64,000 nucleotides of DNA, taken from assembly GCA_024346625.1 (NCBI GenBank), contig AP024664.1:1116001-1180000 (forward strand). The letters are read 5' to 3'. The translations under genes and the position numbers were made by a program. Shown here one piece after another: positions 10,570 to 21,089 of this stretch (the first letter of the stretch is position 1; every line of letters begins with the position of its first letter). Below the pieces are notes generated by a model that saw only the letters and a program-made list of their open reading frames with translations, was not told the DNA's origin and made no database searches. The DNA comes from Williopsis jadinii. Lineage: Eukaryota.

Positions 10570-12213
10570 ATGTCTGCGCCTCTTCTGAAGCTCTCAGAGT
10601 ACCGACCAGATCAACACTTCACGGTTCTGATACCGCCGTACACGGTGTTGTTGAGAGATGGTGAAACAACAGCCACCATCTATCCAATCCATAGCGCTGA
10701 TCAGCTCCCGCCTGGGCTATTGGCGTTCCTAGCGGATGAGTTCAACATGGAGGTTGAGCGTGGTGACACGTTCCCATTCTTTGACACTCTGGACATCGAA
10801 GAGTTCAAGACTTACTGGTTTGGCTCCTTTGCTGCCGTGATGGTTTTGGGTGATGACGTTCAGCTGGACCACCAGAGGCAGTGGGAAAAGGAATGTCTGG
10901 GTACTTTCTTCATTAGAAATAACTTCCCTGGACGCTGTTCACATATATGCACCGGTGGATTCTTGGTTAATGCTGGTATTAGGGGTAAGGGCATTGGAAG
11001 AACCCTTGTTGAGTGTTTCCTGGATTGGGCACCAAAATTGGGGTATACCTCTTCTATCTTCAACTTGGTTTTCGAACCAAACGTTGGGGCAAGAAAGATC
11101 TTTGAGTCCTTGAACTTCAAGAGAATCGGTAAGATCAAAGCTGCTGGTATATTGAAAGAACACGAGAACGCCGTCGACGCGATCATTTATGGTAAAGAAT
11201 TTGTTCATACCGTGGAATCAAATCAAAATACCTATCGGTTCGACAAGATCAAATACTACTTGGAAACTGGAAGGTATCCACCACTTATGGACCGTCAGGA
11301 TAAATCAAGATTGAGAGCTTCAGCGTCCCACTACAAATTACTTGATGGTCGACTATTCTTAAAAGGCCGTGAAGTTATAAGTGACCCAAGCCGTCAGTTG
11401 GAGATCAGCTCCGAGTACCACAGGGCTGGACACGGTGGTATAAATAAGGTGACCGCTGCTATAGTGGAACGTTACCATTGGCCAAGGATTAAAGATACTG
11501 TGGCTCAGGCTATAAGGAACTGCACTGAATGCAGAGATCCAACAAAGACTCCAAAGAGAAAGAAAGACGATCACCCACCAAAATCACACAAGAACGCTTC
11601 GGAAGATTTGATACCTGACGGTCAAATAGATGATGTTGATGATGATCGTCAACGTCATCATAACCACCATCAGGAATATAGCAGAATAGTTGCATCGACA
11701 AGTCATATACAACGAGCCGATGCAAACTTGTTGCAGGACGATCTTACAAACCTCAACGATCCTTCTGGAATTCTCGCTGCAGTTGAAGATGCTCATAGAC
11801 GTCAGATACAACATCAGGAGCATTCCAGTTCTCAACACCATACACCAAATACTGCAAGTGCAACTCCGCAATCTTATGTCAATGCAGCGTTACAATCAAA
11901 AGACGTTGCCAACTATAGACCATATGATGAACAAATTCACCAACAACAACAGCAAAGGCTGAGGCAATTCTCTAATCAAAGTTCGTTCATACAAGCGCAG
12001 CAACAAACCTCCTCATCGCCACACCAACAACAACCACAGCAACACTCACAACAGCAGCAGCAACACTCACAACAACAACACTCACAGCAGCAACATCCAG
12101 AACCAGATATCCCTGTGGATCCTGAAGTAAGTGCATTCGATACTCATCAACAGAATGGAGAAGAGATTGAAATTGCAAGAGCTCTGATACAAGCCAATGA
12201 AGATCCAGAATAG
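10570..12213 (+). CDS. SPT10: Histone-gene activator Spt10 (GNAT domain + H2C2 zinc-finger DNA-binding domain + Q-rich tail)
   Basis: 'WEKECLGTFFI..GRCSHICTGGFLVNAGIRGKGIG', 'RFDKIKYYLETGRYP' and 'H.GINKVT..I.ERYHWPRIK...CTEC'; synteny with NIT2/URA2/TRK1. Confidence 0.93.
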   Translation: MSAPLLKLSEYRPDQHFTVLIPPYTVLLRDGETTATIYPIHSADQLPPGLLAFLADEFNMEVERGDTFPFFDTLDIEEFKTYWFGSFAAVMVLGDDVQLDHQRQWEKECLGTFFIRNNFPGRCSHICTGGFLVNAGIRGKGIGRTLVECFLDWAPKLGYTSSIFNLVFEPNVGARKIFESLNFKRIGKIKAAGILKEHENAVDAIIYGKEFVHTVESNQNTYRFDKIKYYLETGRYPPLMDRQDKSRLRASASHYKLLDGRLFLKGREVISDPSRQLEISSEYHRAGHGGINKVTAAIVERYHWPRIKDTVAQAIRNCTECRDPTKTPKRKKDDHPPKSHKNASEDLIPDGQIDDVDDDRQRHHNHHQEYSRIVASTSHIQRADANLLQDDLTNLNDPSGILAAVEDAHRRQIQHQEHSSSQHHTPNTASATPQSYVNAALQSKDVANYRPYDEQIHQQQQQRLRQFSNQSSFIQAQQQTSSSPHQQQPQQHSQQQQQHSQQQHSQQQHPEPDIPVDPEVSAFDTHQQNGEEIEIARALIQANEDPE

Positions 12214-12564
12214 AGTAATGAAGATGTGTTCAGATGAGAGACTTTAAAGGCAGATGTACCAAACACATTCATAGTAACACAATGTCACAGTTACTTCTTG
12301 TCTACTTTAAACCACCACTTAAAAACTAATTACAAATCTGTGTTTTCGTTTAAAAACCTCTAATTAAAACAAATATTGATCTTTCATATGCTCTCTATTC
12401 TGGATTTCGTGAAACGTTTTCTGCCTATATGTTGAGAGACAGTAAACAAGAACTCTGTCTCCAAACAAAGTACTAAACAAGAGTGGTCTCCAGTCACTCT
12501 TATAACATCTCTCATTAACACGGGGCAAAAGACAAAAACAAATTAACAATCCAAAATATCAAGA

Positions 12565-15500
12565 TTAGAAGTCAACTCCAATGACCATAGCAAGAAGAGC
12601 CATTCTGATGAACAAACCATATCTCATCTGTCTGAAGTATGCAGCTCTTTGGTCAAAGTCAACTTCCTCTCTAATCTCGTTAACACGTGGCAATGGGTGC
12701 ATAACAGCCATGTGCTTCTTAGCAGAAGAGAGAATCTTGTTGTCAACGATGTATGTATCTTTGAGTCTCTCGTATTGGGCTGGGTCAGCAAAGCGTTCCT
12801 GTTGAACTCTTGTACAGTACAGGATATCAGACTTTGCAATAATGTCCTTGGTCAATTCCTCAGACTCAACGGCAAGCATGCCCTTAGCCTTGAGCTCTTC
12901 TCTGATCCCTTCTGGCAAACGCAACTCCTTTGGAGCAACCAAGTTAACACGAACTTGGTATAAACCAAGCAAGTGGCACAATGAGTGGACAGTACGACCG
13001 TACTTCAAGTCACCCATAAACGTGACAGTGATACCGTTAACAGTACCAAGTTCCTCACGGATTGTGAACAGATCCAAGAATGCTTGTGTTGGATGCTCAC
13101 GGGAACCGTTACCACCGTTCAGAATTGGAACAGGGGAGAACTTGGCAGCAATATCAGCAGAAGACTCCTCTGGATGGCGCAAGACAATGGCATCGGAATA
13201 TGAAGCAAGGGTTCTAATAGTATCCTGTAAAGTTTCTCCCTTCTTAACAGATGAAGCAGCAGCAGAGACGGCAATGGTCTTACCACCAAGTCTTTGCATA
13301 GCAGCATCAAATGAAGACGCGGTACGAGTAGATGGTTCGTAGAACATCGTGGTCAACAAACGACCTTGCAAGATATCAAGAACACCTTGTCTCTCGACAC
13401 CCAATCTCATCTCTTGAGCAACAGCGAACAAAGCATGCAAATCAGAACGACTAACGTTTTGTACAGACAAGATAGAACGACGCAAGAATGGGTTGTTGCT
13501 ACGTATGAACGTAGCAAGAGCACTTGGTGGTAACAACTCTCTTGGTGGACGTGAAGAAACAAGCTCTGTTCCCTTGACTTCTGGTCCCTTTTCCTCAACA
13601 AGTGGAGCACGGGTGGCTTCGCTTGCAGAGAATGAGAATCTGGCCTTTCTGTGGGTCTGAGGTGTTTGTTCTATAGCAGTTGTTGTTTGGACTATAGAGT
13701 TACCTCTCTTCTTGTAAGATGAGTTGTCAACACCAAGAGCCTGGTTGACAATCAAATCTCCCTCCAAGCACACAGTTTGGTCATAGAATTGAACACGTTC
13801 AACACCACCCTTTAATTTGCCCTCAAATGGTGACCAAGTTGAGGAAACATGCAATGTGGACAACTCACGATCCAAGTCAATCTCGACAACTGAATCTTGC
13901 TCTGGCAAGTTGAAGATCTCGACTGGCTTGGTATACAAACGCTCGATAATATCAGCAACTGTCAAACGGCCATCGTCAACAGCCGAGAACAACAGTGGAA
14001 GGGCATCTGGAATACCAACACCTGCGGTGGCTGGCTTGCCCAAGAATGATGCCAACAAGTTTGGAATGATACCGACAGAAAATACATCAATGATGTCCAA
14101 GTTCTCCCAGAGAGCAGTCTGAGCTTTCTTTGTTGGCAAGAATGAAGCTTCTGGGTATTCATCTTGAGACAAGAACAAGGAATAGATTGAAACATCGAAT
14201 GTGACCAGAGAAGATTTCTCCTTGACTAACTTGATCATATACAAGTCAGCCTTGCTGTTAACACCAGTAACATGAATGTTTCTGTTGTTCAAGGTAGCCA
14301 ACAACAACAAAGATGCCAATTCAGTGGATTTAGCATCAGTGATGATTGGCTTGTTTGATGGCCACTCAGCAAAGAGAGAAGTCACATCAGAGACATTGCT
14401 CTTAAGGAACTTGTTGAACGACAAGAACAATGACGCAACTGATGAAGAAGCTTGAATAGCTTGAGCTTCATTGTCTTTTGTAGCAGCAAATGATAAGCTG
14501 TAATCTGTGTAGCCAGCGTTGGACAATGCAGTGGTGATAGTATTCAAAGTCTGGACATCAGAGATGGCAGCACCATTTTGAGAGATTGGCAAGACATGGT
14601 TGTAAGTAAAACCAGAGGACAAGGACAATTTAGTCAACTCCTCAAATGAAGAAGATGACTCAAACGATGGAACAAATGAGGATACGTTAATGAGACCTGG
14701 AGTTGTAATGATTCTGTGGGAAGTTTGAGCATCTCTGCTAGAAACATCAAGAGAGATGTTTCTAGACAAGGCCTCGATCAACAACTTCGCACACTTGACG
14801 TTGGTCACTAATGGCACGGCATAATCAACAGCCATACGACGAGTTCTGTAACCCTTTGAGACGTAGTTAGCAGGACGGCGGAATCTGTTGGAAGATGGCA
14901 AGTTAATGTACAAGTCAATCATGTTATTGGCCAAATGCTGAGTCAAGGAATACTCGGATTTCTGTTCATCATCTTCCTCATTCAAGATCTCCAAGAACTT
15001 AACTGGAACATCATGCTCCTTGATAAAATCAGCAGTACCTGCGGTTGCAAACAAGTTGTAGCCCATCTCGTACAATTTCTTGATGGATGGCATTAATTCT
15101 TGCTTTTCCTTGAAGGAGCCAATGGACAACAAAATGTTCTTCTTTGGTAATTGGAATCCGGTAGCGATCAAGGACTTCAAGTAGGCCTCGTACTTGTTAT
15201 GACCAAAAGTGGCAACCTCACCTGTTGATGCCATCTCAACACCAAGAATTGGATCAGCACCAGACAAACGGGAGAATGAGAATTGAGGAACCTTGATACC
15301 ACAGTAATCTGGTGGTAAATCTTGGGTTGGGTAGGCTTCAACTGGGAAACCCATGATGGCCTTGGTGGCCATTTCAATCATGTTGGTACCAACAACCTTG
15401 GAAATGAATGGGTAGGAACGAGAAGCACGAACGTTACACTCAATCACCTTGATATCGTTGTTCTTTGCGATGAACTGGATGTTGTATGGACCTGTGATGT

Positions 15501-18500
15501 TCAAAGCCTTACCAATCTTAGCAGTAGCCACAACAATACGTTTGACGGTTTCTGGGTCCAAGTCTTGTGGTGGAACAATCAGAGTAGCATCACCGGAGTG
15601 AACACCAGCATTCTCAACGTGTTCAGAAACAACATGCATGATCAGTTCACCATCCTTAGCAACGGCATCCATTTCGATTTCCTTTGCATTCTCGATGTAC
15701 TTAGTAATAACAACTGGATAGTCACGAGACACTTCAACTGCTTGGGCCAGGTATGAAGCCAAATCATCCTTGGAGTAAACAGTGTTCATAGCAGCACCGG
15801 AAAGAACATAAGATGGACGAACCAAAACTGGGTAACCAACATCTGCGGCAAAGCCTTCGGCCTCGTCTATGGAGGTCAGTTCCTTCCATGCTGGTTGATC
15901 AACACCAATGTTATCCAACATACGAGAGAACTTGTAACGGTTTTCAGCCGAATCAATCATCTCTGGGGAAGTACCCAAGATCTTGACACCGTTTCTGTGC
16001 AATTCCAAAGCAATGTTGTTAGAAGTTTGACCACCCATGGAAATGACGACACCAGCAGATTGCTCGATCTCGTAGATATCCAAGATACGCTCCAAGTTGA
16101 TAGTCTCAAAGTACAATCTATCAGCTTCATCGTAATCAGTGGAGACGGTCTCTGGATTGTAGTTGACCATGATGGTCTTGGTACCACTTTGACGCAAGGT
16201 TCTAACAGCAGTCACAGCACACCAGTCGAATTCGACAGAAGAACCAATACGGTAGACACCAGAACCCAAGACCATAACACCATGGTCATCGAAAGTGACA
16301 TCGGAAGAATCAGCATTGTAAGTGATGTATAGGTAGTTGGTGTAAGCTGGGAACTCTGCAGCAACGGTATCAATCTGTTTAACGAATGGAACAATACCAA
16401 ACTCCTTTCTCAATCTTCTAATGGCAACTTCGTTGGAATCAACAAACTTGGCGATTTGTCTGTCCTCAAAGCCAAGTTGCTTGGCTTCACGGATAACCAA
16501 TGGAGTAAGCTTCTCCTTGGATCCGAAGGACTCCAAGTAGCCAGCAAACTGGATCAAACCATGCAACTTGTTCAAGAACCATTTGTCAATGTTGGTCATG
16601 TTCCAGATCTTGTCGACAGAGTAGCCGGAATGCAAGGCGTTGGCAATGGCGAACAAACGTTGGTCAGAAGGAGTTTGCAATTCAGAGTCAATGTCGATGG
16701 ACATGAGAGCTGGTGTGTGGTTGAAACCCAAGTTTTGATAGTCAACAGAACGGATGGCCTTCTGAATAGCCTCCTCAAAAGTTCTACCAATAGACATGAC
16801 CTCACCGACAGATTTCATAGAGGAAGACAAAAGAGTGGAAACTCTCGTGAACTTCTTCAAATCCCATCTAGGAATCTTAACAACGACGTAATCCAAAGAT
16901 GGCTCGAAACAAGCGCATGTAACCTTGGTGACAGAGTTCTTAACTTCATTCAATGGGATGTTCAAACCAAGCTTGGCAGCAATGAAGGCCAATGGGTAAC
17001 CAGTAGCCTTGGAAGCCAAAGCAGAAGAACGGGACAAACGGGCGTTGACCTCAATGATACAGTACTCCTTTGAGAATGGGTTGAGTGCATATTGAATATT
17101 ACATTCACCAACAACACCCAAGTGTCTGATGACATTGACAGCAGTAGTTCTCAACATGTTGTAGTCCTCATCGGACAAAGTTTGAGATGGAGCGACAACA
17201 ATGGAGTCACCAGTGTGGATACCCAATGGATCAAAGTTCTCCATGTTACAGACAGTAATACAGTTGTCAAAGGCATCACGGACAACTTCATACTCGATTT
17301 CTTTCCAGCCCTTCATAGATCTCTCAACAAGGACTTGTGGAGATGCGGCAAAGGCCTTGTTACAAAGCTCGATCAACTCTTCTTCATTGTCAGCGAAACC
17401 AGAACCAAGACCACCAAGAGCATAGGCAGCACGGACAATAACTGGGAATCCAATCTCCTTGACGGCAGCCAAAGCCTCTTCAACGGAACTGGCAGATTGA
17501 GACTTAGCACACTTCTCACCAATCTCCTCCATGGCCTTTGCGAACAAATCACGGTCTTCGGTGGTGATGACAGTGTCAATCTGGGTACCAAGAACCTTGA
17601 CACCGAGACCTTCAAATTCATCCTTCATCTCGATACCAACAGACAAAGCAGTTTGACCACCAAAAGTACAGTAAATGGCATCCGGCTTCTCGTGGAGAAT
17701 CACCTTTCTCACGAATTCAGCAGTAACTGGAAGGAAGTACACCTTATCAGCCAAACCCTTAGATGTTTGAATAGTGGCAATGTTAGGGTTGATCAAGATG
17801 GTGTAAATACCTTCCTCTTTCAAAGCCTTAATAGCCTGGGAACCAGAGTAATCGAACTCACCAGCTTGACCAATGGACAAACCACCTGAACCCAAAACCA
17901 AAACCTTCTTTGGTTGAACTCTTGGGTGAGCAGCCAAGTTTTCAGCAACCTTACCACCTGGGAACTCAACAGCCTTCAATGTCTTTGTTGTCTTGTGTTC
18001 CAAAACAGACTTAATGAAGACATCAAACAAGAACTCAGTGTCCCTTGGACCTGGTGTAGATTCTGGGTGGAATTGAACGGAGAAGTATGGCAAATCGGTA
18101 TGATAAATACCTTCATTAGAACCATCATTGGCATTCACAAACAATTCCTTCCAACCGTTGGCCAATGTAGTGGTATCAACGGCGAAACCGTGGTTTTGGG
18201 AAGTGATGTAACAACGACCAGAGATTGTGGAAGTACAAGGGATGTTGTGACCTCTGTTACCAAACTTGAGCTTCAATGTAGAGGCACCGGTGGCTCTAGC
18301 GAGCAATTGATGACCCAAACAGATACCAAAGACTGGAGTCTTCTTAGAAGCCAAGATCGTGGACAGTTGTTCAACCAAGCTATCCATAACAGATGGATCA
18401 CCTGGACCGTTGGAGACGAACAAACCATCATACTCTTCGCTGATCAGATCGTGGTCGTGAGGGACAACTTTCAACTCGACACCACGTCTAACGAAACAAC

Positions 18501-19203
18501 GGATTTGGTTGTACTTCATACCTACATCCACAGCGACAATTCTCAGAGTCTTGCCATCTGGGCCCTTCACGGCCTTATCTGGGGATGGGGTGTAAAGAAC
18601 TGGCTTCTTAGTGCTGACCTTAGCAACCAAGTTCTTAACATTTGGATCATCCCATTCTGGGATCTGGAAGTGGCTTTGCCAGTTCTCAGAGGAGGCCTCT
18701 TCAACTGAACAAGCATCAGATTGGAGACTGATACGACCCAACATGGAACCACACTCACGCAAGTGCTTGGTCAATGCTCTTGTGTCGACACCATAAACAG
18801 CTGGGATGTTCTGTTCCTTCAACCATTGACCCAATGAAGACTTTGCCAAGTAGTGAGAGTACTCCTCTGTGTAATGAGCAACAATCAAACCAGCAATGTG
18901 GATTCTGTTGGATTCAAAGTACTTTGGCAACTGTGGAACGTCTTCATCCTTGAGCTCACGGTCAGGAACACCATAGTTACCAACAAGTGGGTAAGTGATC
19001 ACCAAGATTTGACCCTCATAAGAAGGGTCTGTGATGGCTTCTGGATAGCCAACCATACCGGTCTGGAAGACAAGTTCACCGGCAGCTGGAGTCTCAGAAC
19101 CGAAAGAGTAACCTTGAACGATGGTTCCATCTTTCAATTCAAGAGACATGAGGCGGTTGCCAGTGGACTCCATAGGTGGAGAAATTGGAGCAGAAGGTGC
19201 CAT
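12565..19203 (-). CDS. URA2: Multifunctional carbamoyl-phosphate synthetase / aspartate transcarbamylase (GATase-CPSase-inactive DHOase-ATCase)
   Basis: 2212-aa ORF with 'GICLGHQ', two CPS ATP-grasp repeats, a degenerate DHOase region and ATCase motifs 'FYEPSTRT', 'HPTQAFLD', 'MHPLPR'. Confidence 0.98.
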   Translation of the reverse strand: MAPSAPISPPMESTGNRLMSLELKDGTIVQGYSFGSETPAAGELVFQTGMVGYPEAITDPSYEGQILVITYPLVGNYGVPDRELKDEDVPQLPKYFESNRIHIAGLIVAHYTEEYSHYLAKSSLGQWLKEQNIPAVYGVDTRALTKHLRECGSMLGRISLQSDACSVEEASSENWQSHFQIPEWDDPNVKNLVAKVSTKKPVLYTPSPDKAVKGPDGKTLRIVAVDVGMKYNQIRCFVRRGVELKVVPHDHDLISEEYDGLFVSNGPGDPSVMDSLVEQLSTILASKKTPVFGICLGHQLLARATGASTLKLKFGNRGHNIPCTSTISGRCYITSQNHGFAVDTTTLANGWKELFVNANDGSNEGIYHTDLPYFSVQFHPESTPGPRDTEFLFDVFIKSVLEHKTTKTLKAVEFPGGKVAENLAAHPRVQPKKVLVLGSGGLSIGQAGEFDYSGSQAIKALKEEGIYTILINPNIATIQTSKGLADKVYFLPVTAEFVRKVILHEKPDAIYCTFGGQTALSVGIEMKDEFEGLGVKVLGTQIDTVITTEDRDLFAKAMEEIGEKCAKSQSASSVEEALAAVKEIGFPVIVRAAYALGGLGSGFADNEEELIELCNKAFAASPQVLVERSMKGWKEIEYEVVRDAFDNCITVCNMENFDPLGIHTGDSIVVAPSQTLSDEDYNMLRTTAVNVIRHLGVVGECNIQYALNPFSKEYCIIEVNARLSRSSALASKATGYPLAFIAAKLGLNIPLNEVKNSVTKVTCACFEPSLDYVVVKIPRWDLKKFTRVSTLLSSSMKSVGEVMSIGRTFEEAIQKAIRSVDYQNLGFNHTPALMSIDIDSELQTPSDQRLFAIANALHSGYSVDKIWNMTNIDKWFLNKLHGLIQFAGYLESFGSKEKLTPLVIREAKQLGFEDRQIAKFVDSNEVAIRRLRKEFGIVPFVKQIDTVAAEFPAYTNYLYITYNADSSDVTFDDHGVMVLGSGVYRIGSSVEFDWCAVTAVRTLRQSGTKTIMVNYNPETVSTDYDEADRLYFETINLERILDIYEIEQSAGVVISMGGQTSNNIALELHRNGVKILGTSPEMIDSAENRYKFSRMLDNIGVDQPAWKELTSIDEAEGFAADVGYPVLVRPSYVLSGAAMNTVYSKDDLASYLAQAVEVSRDYPVVITKYIENAKEIEMDAVAKDGELIMHVVSEHVENAGVHSGDATLIVPPQDLDPETVKRIVVATAKIGKALNITGPYNIQFIAKNNDIKVIECNVRASRSYPFISKVVGTNMIEMATKAIMGFPVEAYPTQDLPPDYCGIKVPQFSFSRLSGADPILGVEMASTGEVATFGHNKYEAYLKSLIATGFQLPKKNILLSIGSFKEKQELMPSIKKLYEMGYNLFATAGTADFIKEHDVPVKFLEILNEEDDEQKSEYSLTQHLANNMIDLYINLPSSNRFRRPANYVSKGYRTRRMAVDYAVPLVTNVKCAKLLIEALSRNISLDVSSRDAQTSHRIITTPGLINVSSFVPSFESSSSFEELTKLSLSSGFTYNHVLPISQNGAAISDVQTLNTITTALSNAGYTDYSLSFAATKDNEAQAIQASSSVASLFLSFNKFLKSNVSDVTSLFAEWPSNKPIITDAKSTELASLLLLATLNNRNIHVTGVNSKADLYMIKLVKEKSSLVTFDVSIYSLFLSQDEYPEASFLPTKKAQTALWENLDIIDVFSVGIIPNLLASFLGKPATAGVGIPDALPLLFSAVDDGRLTVADIIERLYTKPVEIFNLPEQDSVVEIDLDRELSTLHVSSTWSPFEGKLKGGVERVQFYDQTVCLEGDLIVNQALGVDNSSYKKRGNSIVQTTTAIEQTPQTHRKARFSFSASEATRAPLVEEKGPEVKGTELVSSRPPRELLPPSALATFIRSNNPFLRRSILSVQNVSRSDLHALFAVAQEMRLGVERQGVLDILQGRLLTTMFYEPSTRTASSFDAAMQRLGGKTIAVSAAASSVKKGETLQDTIRTLASYSDAIVLRHPEESSADIAAKFSPVPILNGGNGSREHPTQAFLDLFTIREELGTVNGITVTFMGDLKYGRTVHSLCHLLGLYQVRVNLVAPKELRLPEGIREELKAKGMLAVESEELTKDIIAKSDILYCTRVQQERFADPAQYERLKDTYIVDNKILSSAKKHMAVMHPLPRVNEIREEVDFDQRAAYFRQMRYGLFIRMALLAMVIGVDF

Positions 19204-19235
19204 GGTTTATTTTGTGTTTGTTCTTCGCTTAAATG

Positions 19236-19516
19236 CTAGTTTAATGATGTTAGTCTTCAACAGGCGTTTCATAATGGCTCAGGGTCCACTTGTTGTCTAC
19301 AATGTCAAGATGTTGCCGTTCTATGGATGGAGGTGTTTTTTTATTGAGGATTGAGCACTACGCTCAATTCTTCTCTCGTCTTCTTCTCTCATAGTAGGCA
19401 ACATCCCACATCGTTTGACATCACTTTCCAGGACCCAGACCTCAAACACATCGCCATCTTGTCCCTCCGTCAGGAGGAGGGCATAGATAGGACGCATCGA
19501 CAAGCTGGACACTCAC
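19236..19516 (-). other. Predicted spliceosomal intron in the URA2 5' UTR (281 nt)
   Basis: Minus strand: GTGAGT donor at 19516, GACTAAC branch point at 19255-19249, TAG acceptor ending at 19236, about 32 nt before the ATG. S. cerevisiae URA2 also has a 5'-UTR intron. Confidence 0.7.
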
Positions 19517-19698
19517 AATATCAAGCAGAAAAAAACTCCCTATTTGCAAAAGACAAAGGATTCAATCAAAGAGCTGGAGACTAGATAAGTGAAAACCTTT
19601 TTGGATAAACTTCTTGTAGAGACTGTTGATGAAACTTGCGATGGAATAAAAAGGATGGAAATTTTTCTGGAGACAAGATTTCCTTTCTATAACGTAAG

Positions 19699-19705
19699 TG
19701 ACTCA
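19699..19705. promoter_or_regulatory. Gcn4/AP-1 consensus TGACTCA upstream of URA2
   Basis: Exact TGACTCA in the URA2 upstream region. Confidence 0.4.
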
Positions 19706-19775
19706 ATAGTTCAAGTGTCTTTCTTGCAAAAGTTATGTTTTCCTCCCTTTCAGTGGAACAAGAGAGTGCTTTTCT

Positions 19776-19862
19776 GAGAGAAGAAGAAGAAGAAGAGAGA
19801 GAGAGAGAGAGGAAGAGAGAAGGAAGAAAAGAAGAAAGAGAGGAGAGGAAAAGGGAAGAGAT
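19776..19862. repeat. Polypurine/polypyrimidine (GAA/GA) tract
   Basis: About 85 nt made almost entirely of A/G on the + strand, including GAA and GA runs. Confidence 0.85.
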
Positions 19863-19944
19863 GAGCTTTTTTGTATGATCGAGACATAAAAAAAAATTTT
19901 TTTTGGCGCCAGGAAAATTTTACCTTGCGCCGATTTGCGCAAAG

Positions 19945-19956
19945 CGGATATTTCCG
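19945..19956. promoter_or_regulatory. CGG-N6-CCG zinc-cluster site (Ppr1-type spacing)
   Basis: CGGATATTTCCG upstream of URA2; Ppr1 binds CGG-N6-CCG. Confidence 0.4.
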
Positions 19957-20347
19957 TTCGCAAATGTCCAAAAGAGAGACAAAACAGGAAGAATAGCATA
20001 CATCTAAAGCCTTGTTATACATGCACAAGCTCTTCCATTGAAGGGGAATACCTCCTGTTTTCCAGTGCTTACAAGATGTGAGCCCACGGTCTCTGACCTC
20101 TGGTGTGTTGTGCGATGGTCGTTCAAGTCGCCTGAACTGAACAACGAGCCCTAACCGTCTGTCCCAAAGCGGTTCCCGCAAATTTGTCGCTCTACGTCAC
20201 CGTTTATGTCAACCGGATTGCAGTGCCAATTACCCGTTTGGGCATCGAGTTGCGCAGACAGACAACCGTGTGTACTTCTCAGCACTGAAACATGATGAAG
20301 AGCCCACTAATCAATCCTACCGCTCTGTGCCCGACGCCCGCTCCAGT

Positions 20348-20401
20348 GTGTCATGGACTGTGTCACCGGCTATGTCACCGGCTATGTCATGGGCTATGTC
20401 A
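20348..20401. repeat. 12-bp tandem repeat (about 4.5 copies) with a TGTCA core
   Basis: gtgtcatggact gtgtcaccggct atgtcaccggct atgtcatgggct atgtca. Confidence 0.8.
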
Positions 20402-21089
20402 CTCACCACACATCGGTTCCTCATCACTTTCGCTGGTGCTTCTGCCTACGCGAGTCGGCCTCGCCAGCCTGTGTAGGCCCAGTCCGTCCCTCATCACCGC
20501 TACTGCGCTTAAGCCCGTAGAGAGAGCGAGGCAGAGAGAGACCTTGTGCGTGGGCTTCTCAGCGGAAGAATACCTGTGGTTTGTAGAGAAGACGAAAAGG
20601 AAAGCCGCCAAAGTACTTAGAATAACGTAAAACTACTTCAAATCAAACTGCCTAAAGACGGACCACAGAGACAACGGCGGCTACAGCCACCACGTTTTTC
20701 TGTAGTGTTCCAGCTTGTTCTCTGGAGAAAACACAGGAGGAAAACTTTTTCTCTATGCTTGTTGCCGTAGTGACGTTGGGAAAAGGCACAGAAATCACAC
20801 AGCATCGCATCTTCAGGCGGAGAGAAAACCATCAACACCGTGAAATTTGAGTCTGTGCCACAAAAACTGGGAGCGGACATCTACAACCACAAAACAAGCA
20901 AAACTCAGCTTCACTGAAAGACCTCCTACGAAGCACGGAGAGAAAGAGAGGCGGCGCCGTTCAATCAGAGCGTATCGACTGTGCACAGAAGTTGTTTCCT
21001 TTCAGCGAGGGAATCCACTTCCTATTGGCCACAACAGCGCCCTGCCCAGAGAAGAGCTTCAGAGAAGAGCATAAGACGAACAGGTGGGG

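Noticed and set aside
13600..14720. Degenerate dihydroorotase domain in URA2 as pseudogenisation
   Set aside because: An inactive DHOase-like domain is the known normal state of fungal Ura2.
15322..18708. Long antisense ORFs (144-265 aa) inside URA2, and similar ones in PNG1 (45225-45977), LAS17 and CBF5
   Set aside because: Expected shadows of biased codon usage on the opposite or shifted frame; no recognisable domains.
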